From Piromyces finnis finn (Eukaryota > Fungi > Neocallimastigomycota), in NCBI GenBank assembly GCA_002104945.1, contig MCFH01000016.1:186001-250000 (forward strand): 64,000 nucleotides of DNA, read 5' to 3'. Every line of letters starts with the position of its first letter. Positions within the stretch are counted from its first letter, which is position 1. Under the pieces are notes generated by a model that was not told where the DNA came from, did not search any database, and saw only the letters and a list, made by a program, of their open reading frames with translations. Shown here piece after piece: positions 29,845 through 46,754 of this stretch. Made by a program: the position numbers and the translations under genes.

Positions 29845-30144
29845 TCTAGCGAACGGTGTTCTAATTGTTAAACTACTACTACACATTAAAAATTTAAAGA
29901 AATATTAAAAGGAATATGAATATAAATAGTGATGTATTTTCTTATGCTTTGGTATCATACCTATAAATATAAATGGGGCAATGTAAATGAACCTTTACAC
30001 ATTGAAAAATCATTTAACATATAGAAAACTAAAATCATTACAACAGGGAATGACAACAATGACAACAATGACAACAATGAATTAAACAATTATACCTTTA
30101 TACCTCAAAAGAAAAATAAAAATAGTATAATAAATCGATACTAG
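29845..30144 (+). pseudogene. Probable decayed GATA-type zinc-finger gene fragment
   Basis: 29857-29889 translates CSNC*TTTTH* (GATA consensus CxNCxTTxTPLW). 29925-29956 aat agt gat gta ttt tct tat gct tt ggt atc is 4 substitutions and 1 deletion from a sequence encoding NGDVLCNACGI. It is followed by YKYKWGNVNEPLHIEKS (consensus YKLHGVNRPL). Stops and frameshifts interrupt it. Confidence 0.5.
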
Positions 30145-30227
30145 TTACCAATACATTATTACAAAAAAAAATTGTTACTAATTTTGAAATTTTATTTTTT
30201 TATGTTTATTTAAAAAAGTATAAATAT

Positions 30228-30268
<41 letters not shown>

Positions 30269-32226
30269 ATTGAACCATTTTTGCTTGTTCTTTTTATTAG
30301 TATTATTGCTAAATATGAATTGAAATTAAATATTTTTTTACTACAAATTCCCAATAATAAATGAATTGTTCATTAAAAAAAAAAAGAAATTGTCAAAATT
30401 AGAGTAATATTATTATTCTATTTTTTTTTTAAAAAAAAAAAAGTACAGTTGAGCTTTTAAAAAGAAAATAGTTATTACCATTTTTATATAATAACTCAGT
30501 CTTTTGATGTAAAGAAAATAATTCCATCGTAGTGAATGAATGAATGAGTAGATGATGTAGATACAGAATAAAAAAAATCATTACAATATAAATACACATA
30601 CGACAATAAAATATAATATATTTATTTATCATTAATAATAAAGTACGGCATTTCTCTTTCTCTTTTCTTTACCTTTTATCATACTTCTTCTTCTTTTTTT
30701 CACTGTTTAAATGAACTACTTTTGGCCATGACCTTGTGAAATACCTTTTTCCAAGTTGTTTTTTTTTTTTAAAAGAATCATCAATTTTAATTAAAATGTA
30801 AAACAAAATCTTTAAACTTTATAAAATAGAAAATAAATTCATATTAATTTATATTGAAATAAATATAATTAATATATCATAGAGTCAATTAGTGAATAAA
30901 TAACAAAAAACATTCAAACATTTTTTTTTTTACCTAAATGCAACGACTTACTTTTATGTTGCTTTGGTTGATGGTCAGGTTAGGATGATTAAAAATGAAT
31001 AATTATTACTATATATTACAATATATTATAATAAAGGATAGATGTAAATATTTTAATTGTCATACGCTGAATGATTGTAACTCTGCTTTACTATCCAAAT
31101 ATGGTAATTCAATTGAAATTAAACTCTAATTATATACATTTCAATGTCGTATTTAAATTAAAAATTAAATTAATAATTAATTAATTAATTAATACATTTT
31201 GTGATGTATTGTATTATAAATAAAAAATAAAATCCATAATTGAACTATCAATAGCATAAATTGTATTAAAATTATATAATTTTAATACAATTTCATATAT
31301 TATTTATTCATTCAAATATACTTCTAATATATGAATAAATTTTTGATCACCTTCAAATACACTTTTTTTTGGCTTATAAAAAATTAAATTGACTTTCCTT
31401 TTTTGATAATTAAAGTTTTTTAATAGGGAAATAAATTAAAATTTAAAATTCCAATGTACTATTCATAATAATATAAATGAATGTAGCTATAACTAAATAA
31501 ATAAATTATTAATTAAATATAAATGAATGTATTTATAACAAAATAAATAAATAATTGTGTAATTGAAAAAAGGCATACATTATAAAAATAATTAAATGCA
31601 GCAGCAAGAACGAAAAGTTCACTTTATTAAGTAAAAATAATAATTAATAATAAAAAGTAAATAGTATAAAGTATACTTTTATTATCATTTTAACATTGAA
31701 AATAAAAAATAATATAATCGAATTAAAAAAAAAATAAAAATCTATAAATAAAATGTTTCACCATTTTTTTTTACCAATAATTAATTAATTTTTTTTTTTT
31801 ACAGGTTACAGGAAGAGAGATGTTATCTTTTTTATAATTATTTTTTTTCTCTGTAAAAATATCTTTTTTTTTTTTTCATCTTTGGTTTTGATAATTTCTA
31901 TTTTGTTTAGCAAAAATGTTGGTTAAATATCATTTAAAATTTATATTTTTTGCTTTCCTTACAACTTTCAACCTTCTTGAAGGGAAAAGTTATAATAATG
32001 TAATGTAAAAAAAAAAAAAAAGTTTGGATTAAACATCATTTAAGTATTTGGTCAAAATTCAATAAAATAATAATCTAACCTATTTAATAATAAAAGAGGG
32101 ATTTTACTATTTTATTTTTTATTATTATATACCTTTTATAATTTAAAAGTTAAAGAACACAAAAAAAATAAAAACAATTGAATCTTTTTTTTTTTTTATT
32201 CTTTTTTATTAAACTATGAATATTAT

Positions 32227-32266
<40 letters not shown>

Positions 32267-32647
32267 AATAAATAAATAAATGTGAAAGTTGAAATATCAT
32301 AATATATATATATAGCATATAGCATATTACATATTATCATAAAAAGTTACAATATATATATATATAATGAAATTAAAAAGAAAGAAATAAAAAATATTTA
32401 TGATATATAATATTTATATATATATAAAGAAAAATGGAACATAATTTATAATTATATCTTTTTTAAAGAGACATGAATTTATGAAAACTGCTTTAATTAA
32501 TGAGAAAAATGCTTTTTTTTTTTTTTTTTTTTTTTTTGCTTTCTATAGAAAATATTGATTTTATGAATTGTTGATTTATCCTTTACTCATTATATAATTA
32601 CTTTTGGTAAAATTTTATTTTATTTTTTTTTTTTTTGGTATAGTATC

Positions 32648-37923
<5,276 letters not shown>

Positions 37924-40900
37924 TGTGACAAATTACAAATTATGGAAAAGTATTTAAATTTCCTATTTTCTTTTATTAATATTCAATTGAATTAATTTCA
38001 ATGAAACAAATTAAATTAAAAAAAATATAACTTCTAGTATTGACTTTTTTTCCCAAAAAAGTTAAGTAAAATAAATTATCCTATTCTCTTTTTGAAAATT
38101 TAATAATAAAATAATATTTAAAGATGAACCAATTATATCCAATCATATCTAATGAAAAGTGAAATTTTACATTTTATTTTAGTTTTTAACTTTGAACTTT
38201 TTTTTCTTTTAAGAAAAAGGTATTAAAAAAAAAAAAGAATGAAACTTTTGGTTTTCATTCATGAAAGACTAAATGTAAAAAACAAAATAAAAAAATAAAA
38301 TAATTAAGTATTACTATGATTAATTGAAATAAAAAGCAAATAAAAAGGTTTTATATTCTCATTATAAAAATTTTAATCTTGTTATGTTATAAATACTCCC
38401 AATAATTTTATAGATATGTTCCATGGAGTCTTTAATATATATTATTCAAAAATAAAATAAAATAAAATTACAAAAGAATCTTTTCCGACCATTTAGTAAT
38501 TTCCTATTCTATATAAATATGCATTTAATAATTATTTGAAAAGTATTAAAATTGTTTAAAGTATAATTAAATATCGATAAAATGTAATTTTATAATATCC
38601 TATTATTACCTTTATATTTTATCGATAAAAGAAAATAATAATAAATGTATGAATTATATCACTTCTTTTTTTTTTTTTTTTTTAGTTTTCTATACTAAAT
38701 TTCTGTTTATTTTTGTTTTTCACTTTTTTTTTCTTTTTTTTAAATAAAGCTTTATATACTAAAATTTATATTGAAATAAAAAATAAAAAAATTAAAATAG
38801 GTTTTATCTAATATAAATGAAAAAGAAAAACTCAAAACTTTTTTTTATCTAATAATAATTAACAAAGTTTTTATATTTAAATTTTAATTTAATATTAATT
38901 ATAAACTAATTAATAATAAATCATACCTGTTAAAGAAAAGTTTGTTCAAATTCCTTTTTATAAACTATATAAACTAAACTAATAGTGAAGAATAATAATT
39001 ATCTTATTAAAACATTATTATAATTTTAAATATTAATAATTGAATATAATTTTAAATATTTATAGTAGAAAGTTTAAAAATCATTCATAACATTTAATTT
39101 ATATATAATATTATTTCTTTTTATGTAATAAAATTACTAAATTATAATAAATAATAAAATGGTTTTAGATTTTGGATATAAAATGTATAAATATATAACT
39201 ATTTTATTATTTATTATAAAATCCATTAAAATTAAGAGTTTTTTTTTATTATGTATTATTATATTTTATTATGTTTTACCCTCAAAAAAATAAATTATTA
39301 AATTCTATTTTTATATTCCTATTTAATTAAATATTATTTGTGTTATGTGAGACAAAAAATAAATAAATATTAAAAAAAAATAATTTTAATTATTAAATAA
39401 AAATATATCCAAAAAAGATTACTTTTGAAATATTTTTAGTAGTGTCGATTTTGTTTCATAACAAATTACCAAATAATAGATAGGAAAAGAAATTACTAAA
39501 AAACTTTGTTAATTATTGATAATTATCTACTACATTTATTAAAAGTATTGATTAATGATATCAAAAATATAATAAAAAAAACTGTTAATTATTGATTACT
39601 ATCTACTTTTTTTTTTTTTGAAATATGAAATACTGATTATCAAAAAAAAAAAAAAAAAAAAGGTACATAAAAAACTTAAAGTTTTATTAAACCAAAAATA
39701 AAGAATAAATATTATATAAACTAATTGGATCATTAAAGGTCTATTAATGTCATTTTCTCTATATTATTAAAACAATCACTTTTTAAATTATTGAATTTAA
39801 AAAAAAAAAGGTAATTTAATGAAATAGAAATGAAACAATATACTTTAAAGAAATAGAAAATATATTTCTTTAGAATATATTTATTTAAGGTGTATTGTTT
39901 TTTATGATTTTAAAAAATAATACATTTGAAAAGTATCATTAATACCTATATTTTATTAAAATCTTAAATACATCAAATAACCTACAAAATATTTATAAAT
40001 ATTGATTTTCTTTTTACTACTTTTTTAGTATGAAGAAAAAAAAAAAAGTAAAGATTAAAAAATACAATAAGTAATAAAGATTTAAAGTTTTAAATTATAT
40101 AAAAAGGAAATATTATTTAAAATACCGTTACTTTTTTTATTCAATATTTTTTTTATGATATTAATTTATATGATTGATGACATAAATTAGGATAATTTAA
40201 TTTTTAAACAAAACATTATTAAAAATATTAATATGTTTAAATTACTTCTTATCTTTTTATTTTTATATTAATAGTAAATCATCAAATTAAAAAGTCTAAT
40301 TATAGTAACAATAAATTAAAAACCATTATTTATTTTCTTTAATTATCTGTAATAGATAAATGACTTTATTAATTATTCTTTTAAAAAAAAATAAAGAAAG
40401 AATAAAAAACCAAAACGAAAAAGATACTGTTAATAATGATAATCTAAAAATTTGATATCTTTTTTTTTCCATCTAAAAAAAAAAATTATATATAAATATT
40501 AAAAAGAGACTCAATAAAAATTACTTTATAAAAAAAAATTAAAAAAAAAAAACTATTAAAAAAAATTAAATACCCTAAAATCAAAAAGATAAAAGGTAGA
40601 ATTTATAACAATATATATTGATTGATCGAACTTATCGTTTCATGATTCCATTCTTTTTTTTTATTATTATTATTTATATCAATTATTATTCCAAAACTTT
40701 ATTATTTTGAAATATCATTTAATAACAATTCACTATATTTATTGATTTGTAGTAATAATTATTACACTTTATGTATAAAAATATATATAAAATTTAAAAA
40801 CGTTTATGCATTGTGGATAAAACTTGACATATTATTAAATATTATTAATTAATATCAGAAAGTTTATTTTTTTTTAAAGATATTTATTATATACATATAT

Positions 40901-41049
40901 TAATTATATTCTCCTTTATATACATATATATATAATATTAATATCTTTTGACATCATCATCAATTAGCTTAACAAAATTTGTAGATAAAGTATAAATATA
41001 AAAAAAAAATTTTTTTTCTTGAAAAAAAAAAAAACTTTTATTATTCATA

Positions 41050-42382
41050 ATGTTGATTCTTCATCAAAGCTTTTCTACTATTTCACTCTCAAAATCAATA
41101 GATAAATTATGTTCTTTAGCAGATAATAATAATGTCAATGAAAAAGGTGAAAAAAGATCCTATATAATAAAAGAAGATAAAGAGCCATTGGAGGTAGTAG
41201 ATCTATTTTATAAAACATTAAAAAGGATGGAAATAAAAATAGTAATTAAATTTTCTTATTATTACTGTAAAAAAAAAATTAGACTTTTTGTTCTTTAATT
41301 TGTTTTGCCTATGATGAGATTAATAAAAGAGATGTTGTCTTTAAACAAATTAAAGATATTAATTGGGCAAAGAAGGAACTAGAATTAATGAAAAAATTAG
41401 AAAAAAATAAGGTTCCAAATACCATAAGATTATTAGATTATTATATTGATAAAGAAACCGGAGATCATATATTAGTTTTTCCATTTTTAAAAAAAATAAA
41501 CCCTTATAATATGGATTTATTAAATATTCAGAAATTAATGAAACAATTAATAAGTGTATGTAATAATAAAACATGATATATTTATTATAAACTATTTTTT
41601 TTTTTTATAGTTAATCTGACTTTTTTTTTTTTTAATATCAATAGACATTAAAATGTTTAAATAATTTAAATATTGCACATTTGGATATTACTTTATCAAA
41701 TCTTATGTGTGATGAACATGATAATCTTGTTTTAATTGATTTTGGTTTATCCTTAGATTGTGGGTTAAAACCACATCCAATAGGTTGTGGTACACCAGGT
41801 AAAAAACTTGATCTATACATTTATATATATATATATTTTTCATCAATAAAAAAAGATTATAAACCATTATTAATTTTAATGATTTTTTTTTTTTTCACTT
41901 TTCTTTCAAATTAATAAATAAAAATAATAGGTTTTATTGCTCCAGAACTTTTTGATGGTACATGTAATACCTGTACCCCTGATGTATATAGTTCTGGTAT
42001 TGTTTTTGGTATTTTACTTCAACCCTACCTTCCTAAATGTGGATTAGAAAATTTAGGAGGAAGATATACCCGTTCAGATACCATGACCAATATTCATGAT
42101 AAATTATTAGAAAATTATATTTATCAAAGTAATAACTTTAGAAAATCCGTAATATATATTACAGGTGTACCACTCATTGTATATAAAGCGGCTGATTTAT
42201 TATATAAAATGACTCAACATGATCCTGTCGATCGTATTAAGCCATCTGATATTCTAAGACATCCATTTATGACGGCAATTGAATCCGAATTCGAACTTTG
42301 TACCTATGAAAAATATACGGAAAGATTACATTCAATGTTAATAAAACATAATACCAATCAATCATATGAATATTATTCATAA
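41050..42382 (+). CDS. Divergent Ser/Thr-type protein kinase, 4 exons
   Basis: Exons ~41050-41193, 41284-41555, 41645-41798, 41931-42382. DVVFKQ (beta3 Lys), KKELE (alphaC Glu), AHLDITLSN, LIDFGLS, GTPGFIAPE, DVYSSGIVFG, DPVDRIKPSDILRHPF. The first donor position is uncertain. Confidence 0.85.
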
Positions 42383-42422
42383 ATTAAAATAATAATAAAA
42401 ATACTTTATTCTTTATAACTAT

Positions 42423-42487
42423 AATATATACCCTCAACTTTCAAATTAAACACAATATATACCCTCAACTTTCAAATTAAACACAAT
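42423..42487. repeat. Perfect 31-bp tandem duplication just downstream of the kinase stop codon
   Basis: aatatataccctcaactttcaaattaaacac at 42423-42453 and 42454-42484. Confidence 0.95.
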
Positions 42488-42600
42488 TCTTCTATATTTA
42501 TTAAAACATTATTATTATAATTTTATAATATTAAATAAAAAATATTTAATAAACTTAAAAAAAATATATATATAATATATTATTTGTATACTATTTATTT

Positions 42601-42602
<2 letters not shown>

Positions 42603-42651
<49 letters not shown>
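42603..42651. repeat. 49-nt poly(T) tract between the convergent kinase and CDH1 genes
   Basis: Read directly; the longest pure homopolymer I noticed in the window. Confidence 0.9.
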
Positions 42652-43076
42652 CTGAGAAACCAAAATTTTAAAAAATGTAAAGTGTGTGAAATTTTTTCAA
42701 CAAAAGAAAAATTTCTTTTTTAAACTATTAAAAAAAATAATTTTTTAAAAAATATAAAAAAAAAATATAATACATAAAAATGACATGTACATTATTATTA
42801 ATGTTGTTGTTATTGGGTGTGTATGTTATGTGTGTATTTTACTAATATAATAAAAACAGTAAATATGTGAAAAAGTAAACTTTGGTATAATATTAGTAAT
42901 TGGATTTAATAGAAAAAAAAAATATATATAATAAAATGGAAAAGAAAAAAAAATAAATTATTTTTAAAACATTTTAAAGTAATTTTAAAATAAAAAGAAT
43001 AATTAAATAAAAACGGTTATATATTATTAAAAAATATATTATTTTGTTATTTCCTTCTTTTCTAAAAAATATTAAA

Positions 43077-46000
43077 TTAACGAATATGACCAAATGAACT
43101 TAAAGCTCCATTTTGAGTCTCTTTGGATTTGCTTTTATTAAACACATTCCAAAACCGTAGCGTTTCATCACCAGCTCCAGTAACTATATTTTGACCATCT
43201 GGACTCATAGCCAAATAAAGTACACGATAGGTATGACCAATAAGGGTGGCTATTTGATGCATTGATGGATATTTCCATATAATAATTTGATTTTGGGAAT
43301 ATCCATGAGTTGAAACTAATTCATTGGTTGTCTTTGACCATGATAAATTACATACTTGAGAACCAGTATCAATACCCTGTATTAATTGACCATTAAGTGT
43401 ATTCCAAAACATAATTTTTCTATCTGCTGTACCACCACCTGATGCAAGTAGTCCGTGCTTTAATTAAAATAAAAATGTAATAGTAATGACACAAAATAAT
43501 AATAATAATAATACAAATTTTAATATAAATTGAATTAAAAAAAAAAATAAATAAAATAAAATTAATAGAACTTTTTGTTTGTTTATTTGTTTGCTGGTTA
43601 AAAACTTACTTGATGTGGTGACCAAGACACTGCTTTAACAGCAGCTACATGATCTTCAAATCGATATAATGGGGTGGTAGACGCCTTATCCCAAATGATT
43701 AATTTATTATCATTTCCTCCTGAAGCTAATTGATTCTCTTCATAATTCCATTTTAAACCGCAAACCTAGTAGGAAATTAAAAAAAAAAAAGGGGGGGAAT
43801 GATTTAATAATTTTGCAAATCATTATCACCTAAAATTAAATATATAATCACCTCTTGTTTATGTACTAAGTATTTTTTGGTATAATCACTGGATATACGA
43901 ATATCTCTGTTTAAAATTTGTCTATCCCTACTTCCAGAGGTTAAAATATCGCCATTCCATGCTAAAGAACCTATAGTAGTCAAATTTTAATAAACCTTAG
44001 TTATAAAATCATTTTGTTTATTCTCCTAATAAAATAATCCACTTACCAACTCTAGCTTGATGACCGGCAAATTGTCTAATTTTACATCCACGTTGGATAT
44101 CCCATAATTGAACTAATCCTCTATTAGTTCCTACAGCCAAATGGGTTCCCTATAAAAAAAAAAATACATATATATATATATATATATATATAAAATTTAA
44201 TAATGAACTAAATATACTTGCAAACAATGATAATAATCTTAATACTAATTAAATATATTATATCTTTACTATAGATACCTTTTGCATCCAATTCACCGAG
44301 GTAACAGAATCAAAAGGTCCTAAATCGCATAAACGGGTAACTCTGCTGTTACATGCACTCCATAAATATACACAAGAACCTAAACCAACACTTAATTGAT
44401 TTGTGGATGACCAATCGACTAAATTCAAATAGAAATCATCCTATTTATAATAATATTTATAATAATAAAAAAAAGGGGAGGAGGGAATAATTAAATATAG
44501 GTATAAACATGAGATTAATAAAAATATATTGTTAGAATAAAAAGATAATTACTTGAAGTTCAGGTGCATCTAACACCTTATATGGTGTTTTGGATATATG
44601 TCGAGTAGCCTTTCTTGGTGTTAATAAAAGACTTTGACTGACTTGACTTACTGGGGTCAGTGAATACTTATGCTGCGATGGAGAATCTGAATCCATCATT
44701 TGATAAGTTCTTTTCTTAGGCGTTTTAAAGGAATAAACAGAGGTTCTATGTTTATTTATTTTATCTAATGGGTTTTCGTATATATCTTGACCTAATAGTT
44801 CAAGTTTCACAACACTATCATATATTTTATTTTGTTCTTCTTTGATAGCATCACATTCACTTGGAGGTAATCTTCTTTTTCCTTTTGATGGTGTTATTGG
44901 ACCAGCAAGGTTGTATTGCGTTTCTTTATCCCCGGATGAATAATTTGGAATAAAACGATCTCCACACATTGAATTTCTTCTTCTTGAAGATGGTGTTTTT
45001 TGTGGAGTTTTCTTGGGTAATAAAATCATATTTACAAAATTAGAAGTAGATGATACTATAGAATTTTCGGATTTAACAGTATCATTTTGTGAGAGCTTTG
45101 TTGGTGTCTTTGACTGCGTCTCTATTTTTTCTTCATTAAATGTTTTAGGCGTTGATAATAATTTATTGGCATCAGATGGATTCATTGAGGTTTGATGGGA
45201 TAGGGATGATGTGTGAAATGGATCATTTGAAAATATTGGTTTTGGCGATGAATTTGGGTTTTGTGATTTTAATTGAGATAACATTTCGTTATCCTTATTA
45301 TCTGAGTTAACATTTAAATTCGTTATTGGTTTGGAGTTTTGTTCCCCTTGTAAACTATTCTGACTCGTATCACCTTTATATGAAGTTGAGGTATTTTTAT
45401 TCTTTTTAATGTGCGTATATTTGAAACTAGTATTTGCCATTACTGAATCCTTATTTTCTTTCATTAACGGTGATGACATTGTACATAATTTTGAATTATT
45501 TTTTGATTTTAATGCTTTTTTATGGGTAACTTCCTTTGTTTGATCAACTCTACCATAATTTTTATCGATGGTATCATTTTGCTTATCATAATTCATCATT
45601 AAATGTTGTCTAGTCCTGCTTCTAGTATTATATACAAAATTGTTGTTGTTGCTGTTGGCATTAACATGTATAGTATTTGAGGTATAAGTATCATTCATGG
45701 ATTCATTTAAATCCGTAATAGTTGTTTTGGAAGGATTATTATTGGTATAATTAATTTTATAATTTTTCTTATTTTGTAAAGCATTTTTACTTAATTGTTC
45801 TACACGTTTAGTATAATTTCTGGTATGTTTATAGGGAGCATCTGAGTCGTATTCCTCAGGATTTGACAGTGATATCGTTGAATTACTATTTTTCATATTT
45901 TTTGATGCAGTTGATCTTACAGGCGTATGCGATATTAATGGAGAAGGTGGGCACGATGAGTCTGAATCATCAGAATTGTCACCATTAAGTAAAGTTGTCT

Positions 46001-46754
46001 GTGAAAGAAAAGAATCATTTCTTGGTAATATATTAAATAAATTTTTCTTTTCAAATATTTTTTTTATTTTCGTTGATGATTCCACAAACGGATTTTCAGC
46101 ATCGATAACAGGTGTCGGGGGTACAAGTTGATGATTTGATAGACTTTTGCCATTATATTCATTTGCAAATAGATTTTGACTCCTTGATTTTGCATCTAAA
46201 CTTACATTAAATAAATTTTTCATTTGAAACCTATTAGAAGTGTTATTTATAGAATCATTTGTAGTTGCACTTATTTTTGACGTTGATGGTAACTCTATCA
46301 TTGATTTTGCTTTGTAAAGTTGATTTTCATTATTATAATTTTCACTTTCATACAGACTTGATTTTATTTTTCTCAATGATAATTGTGACTGTGATAATTC
46401 TTCTTTATTATTTTTTTCGTTTATTGGCAAACTTGATTTTAATTTATCCTGTATTTTAAATGGGTTCGGTGAATTACTTATTGATGACGATGATGATGAA
46501 GATGATGAATATGATGGTGATGAGGGTAATGATCGTTCATTTGTGGAAGCAAATTTTAATGCATTTATTCTATTGTTACTTTTAATAGAAGAGTTAGAAG
46601 AATTACGATGATGATGATGTCTTCTTGAAAAGACATTATCATCATCTTTATCTTCTTCTAAATTATAATCCCATTTATATTGTTGATATGTCGATTTAGA
46701 TTTATCATTATCATTATTCAAATCTTTTATTATACTAAAATAGATATTGTTCAT
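43077..46754 (-). CDS. CDH1: APC/C co-activator Cdh1/Fzr/Ste9 (WD40) with very long N-terminal extension
   Basis: C-box GDRFIP (44946-44963); ISKTPYKVLDAPELQDDFYLNLVDWS; HKQEVCGLKWN; ASGGNDNKL; AVKAVSWSPHQHGLLASGGGTADRKI; DTGSQVCNL.WSK..NELVSTHGYSQNQI; GHTYRVLYLAMSPDGQNIVTGAGDETLRFW; terminal IR tail. The true start codon is uncertain. Confidence 0.93.

Noticed and set aside
31596-31930. ATG CAG CAG CAA GAA CGA... with gtaaaa donor and poly(T)-ACAG acceptor at 31804
   Set aside because: All spliced continuations run into T-rich low-complexity sequence and give no recognisable protein.
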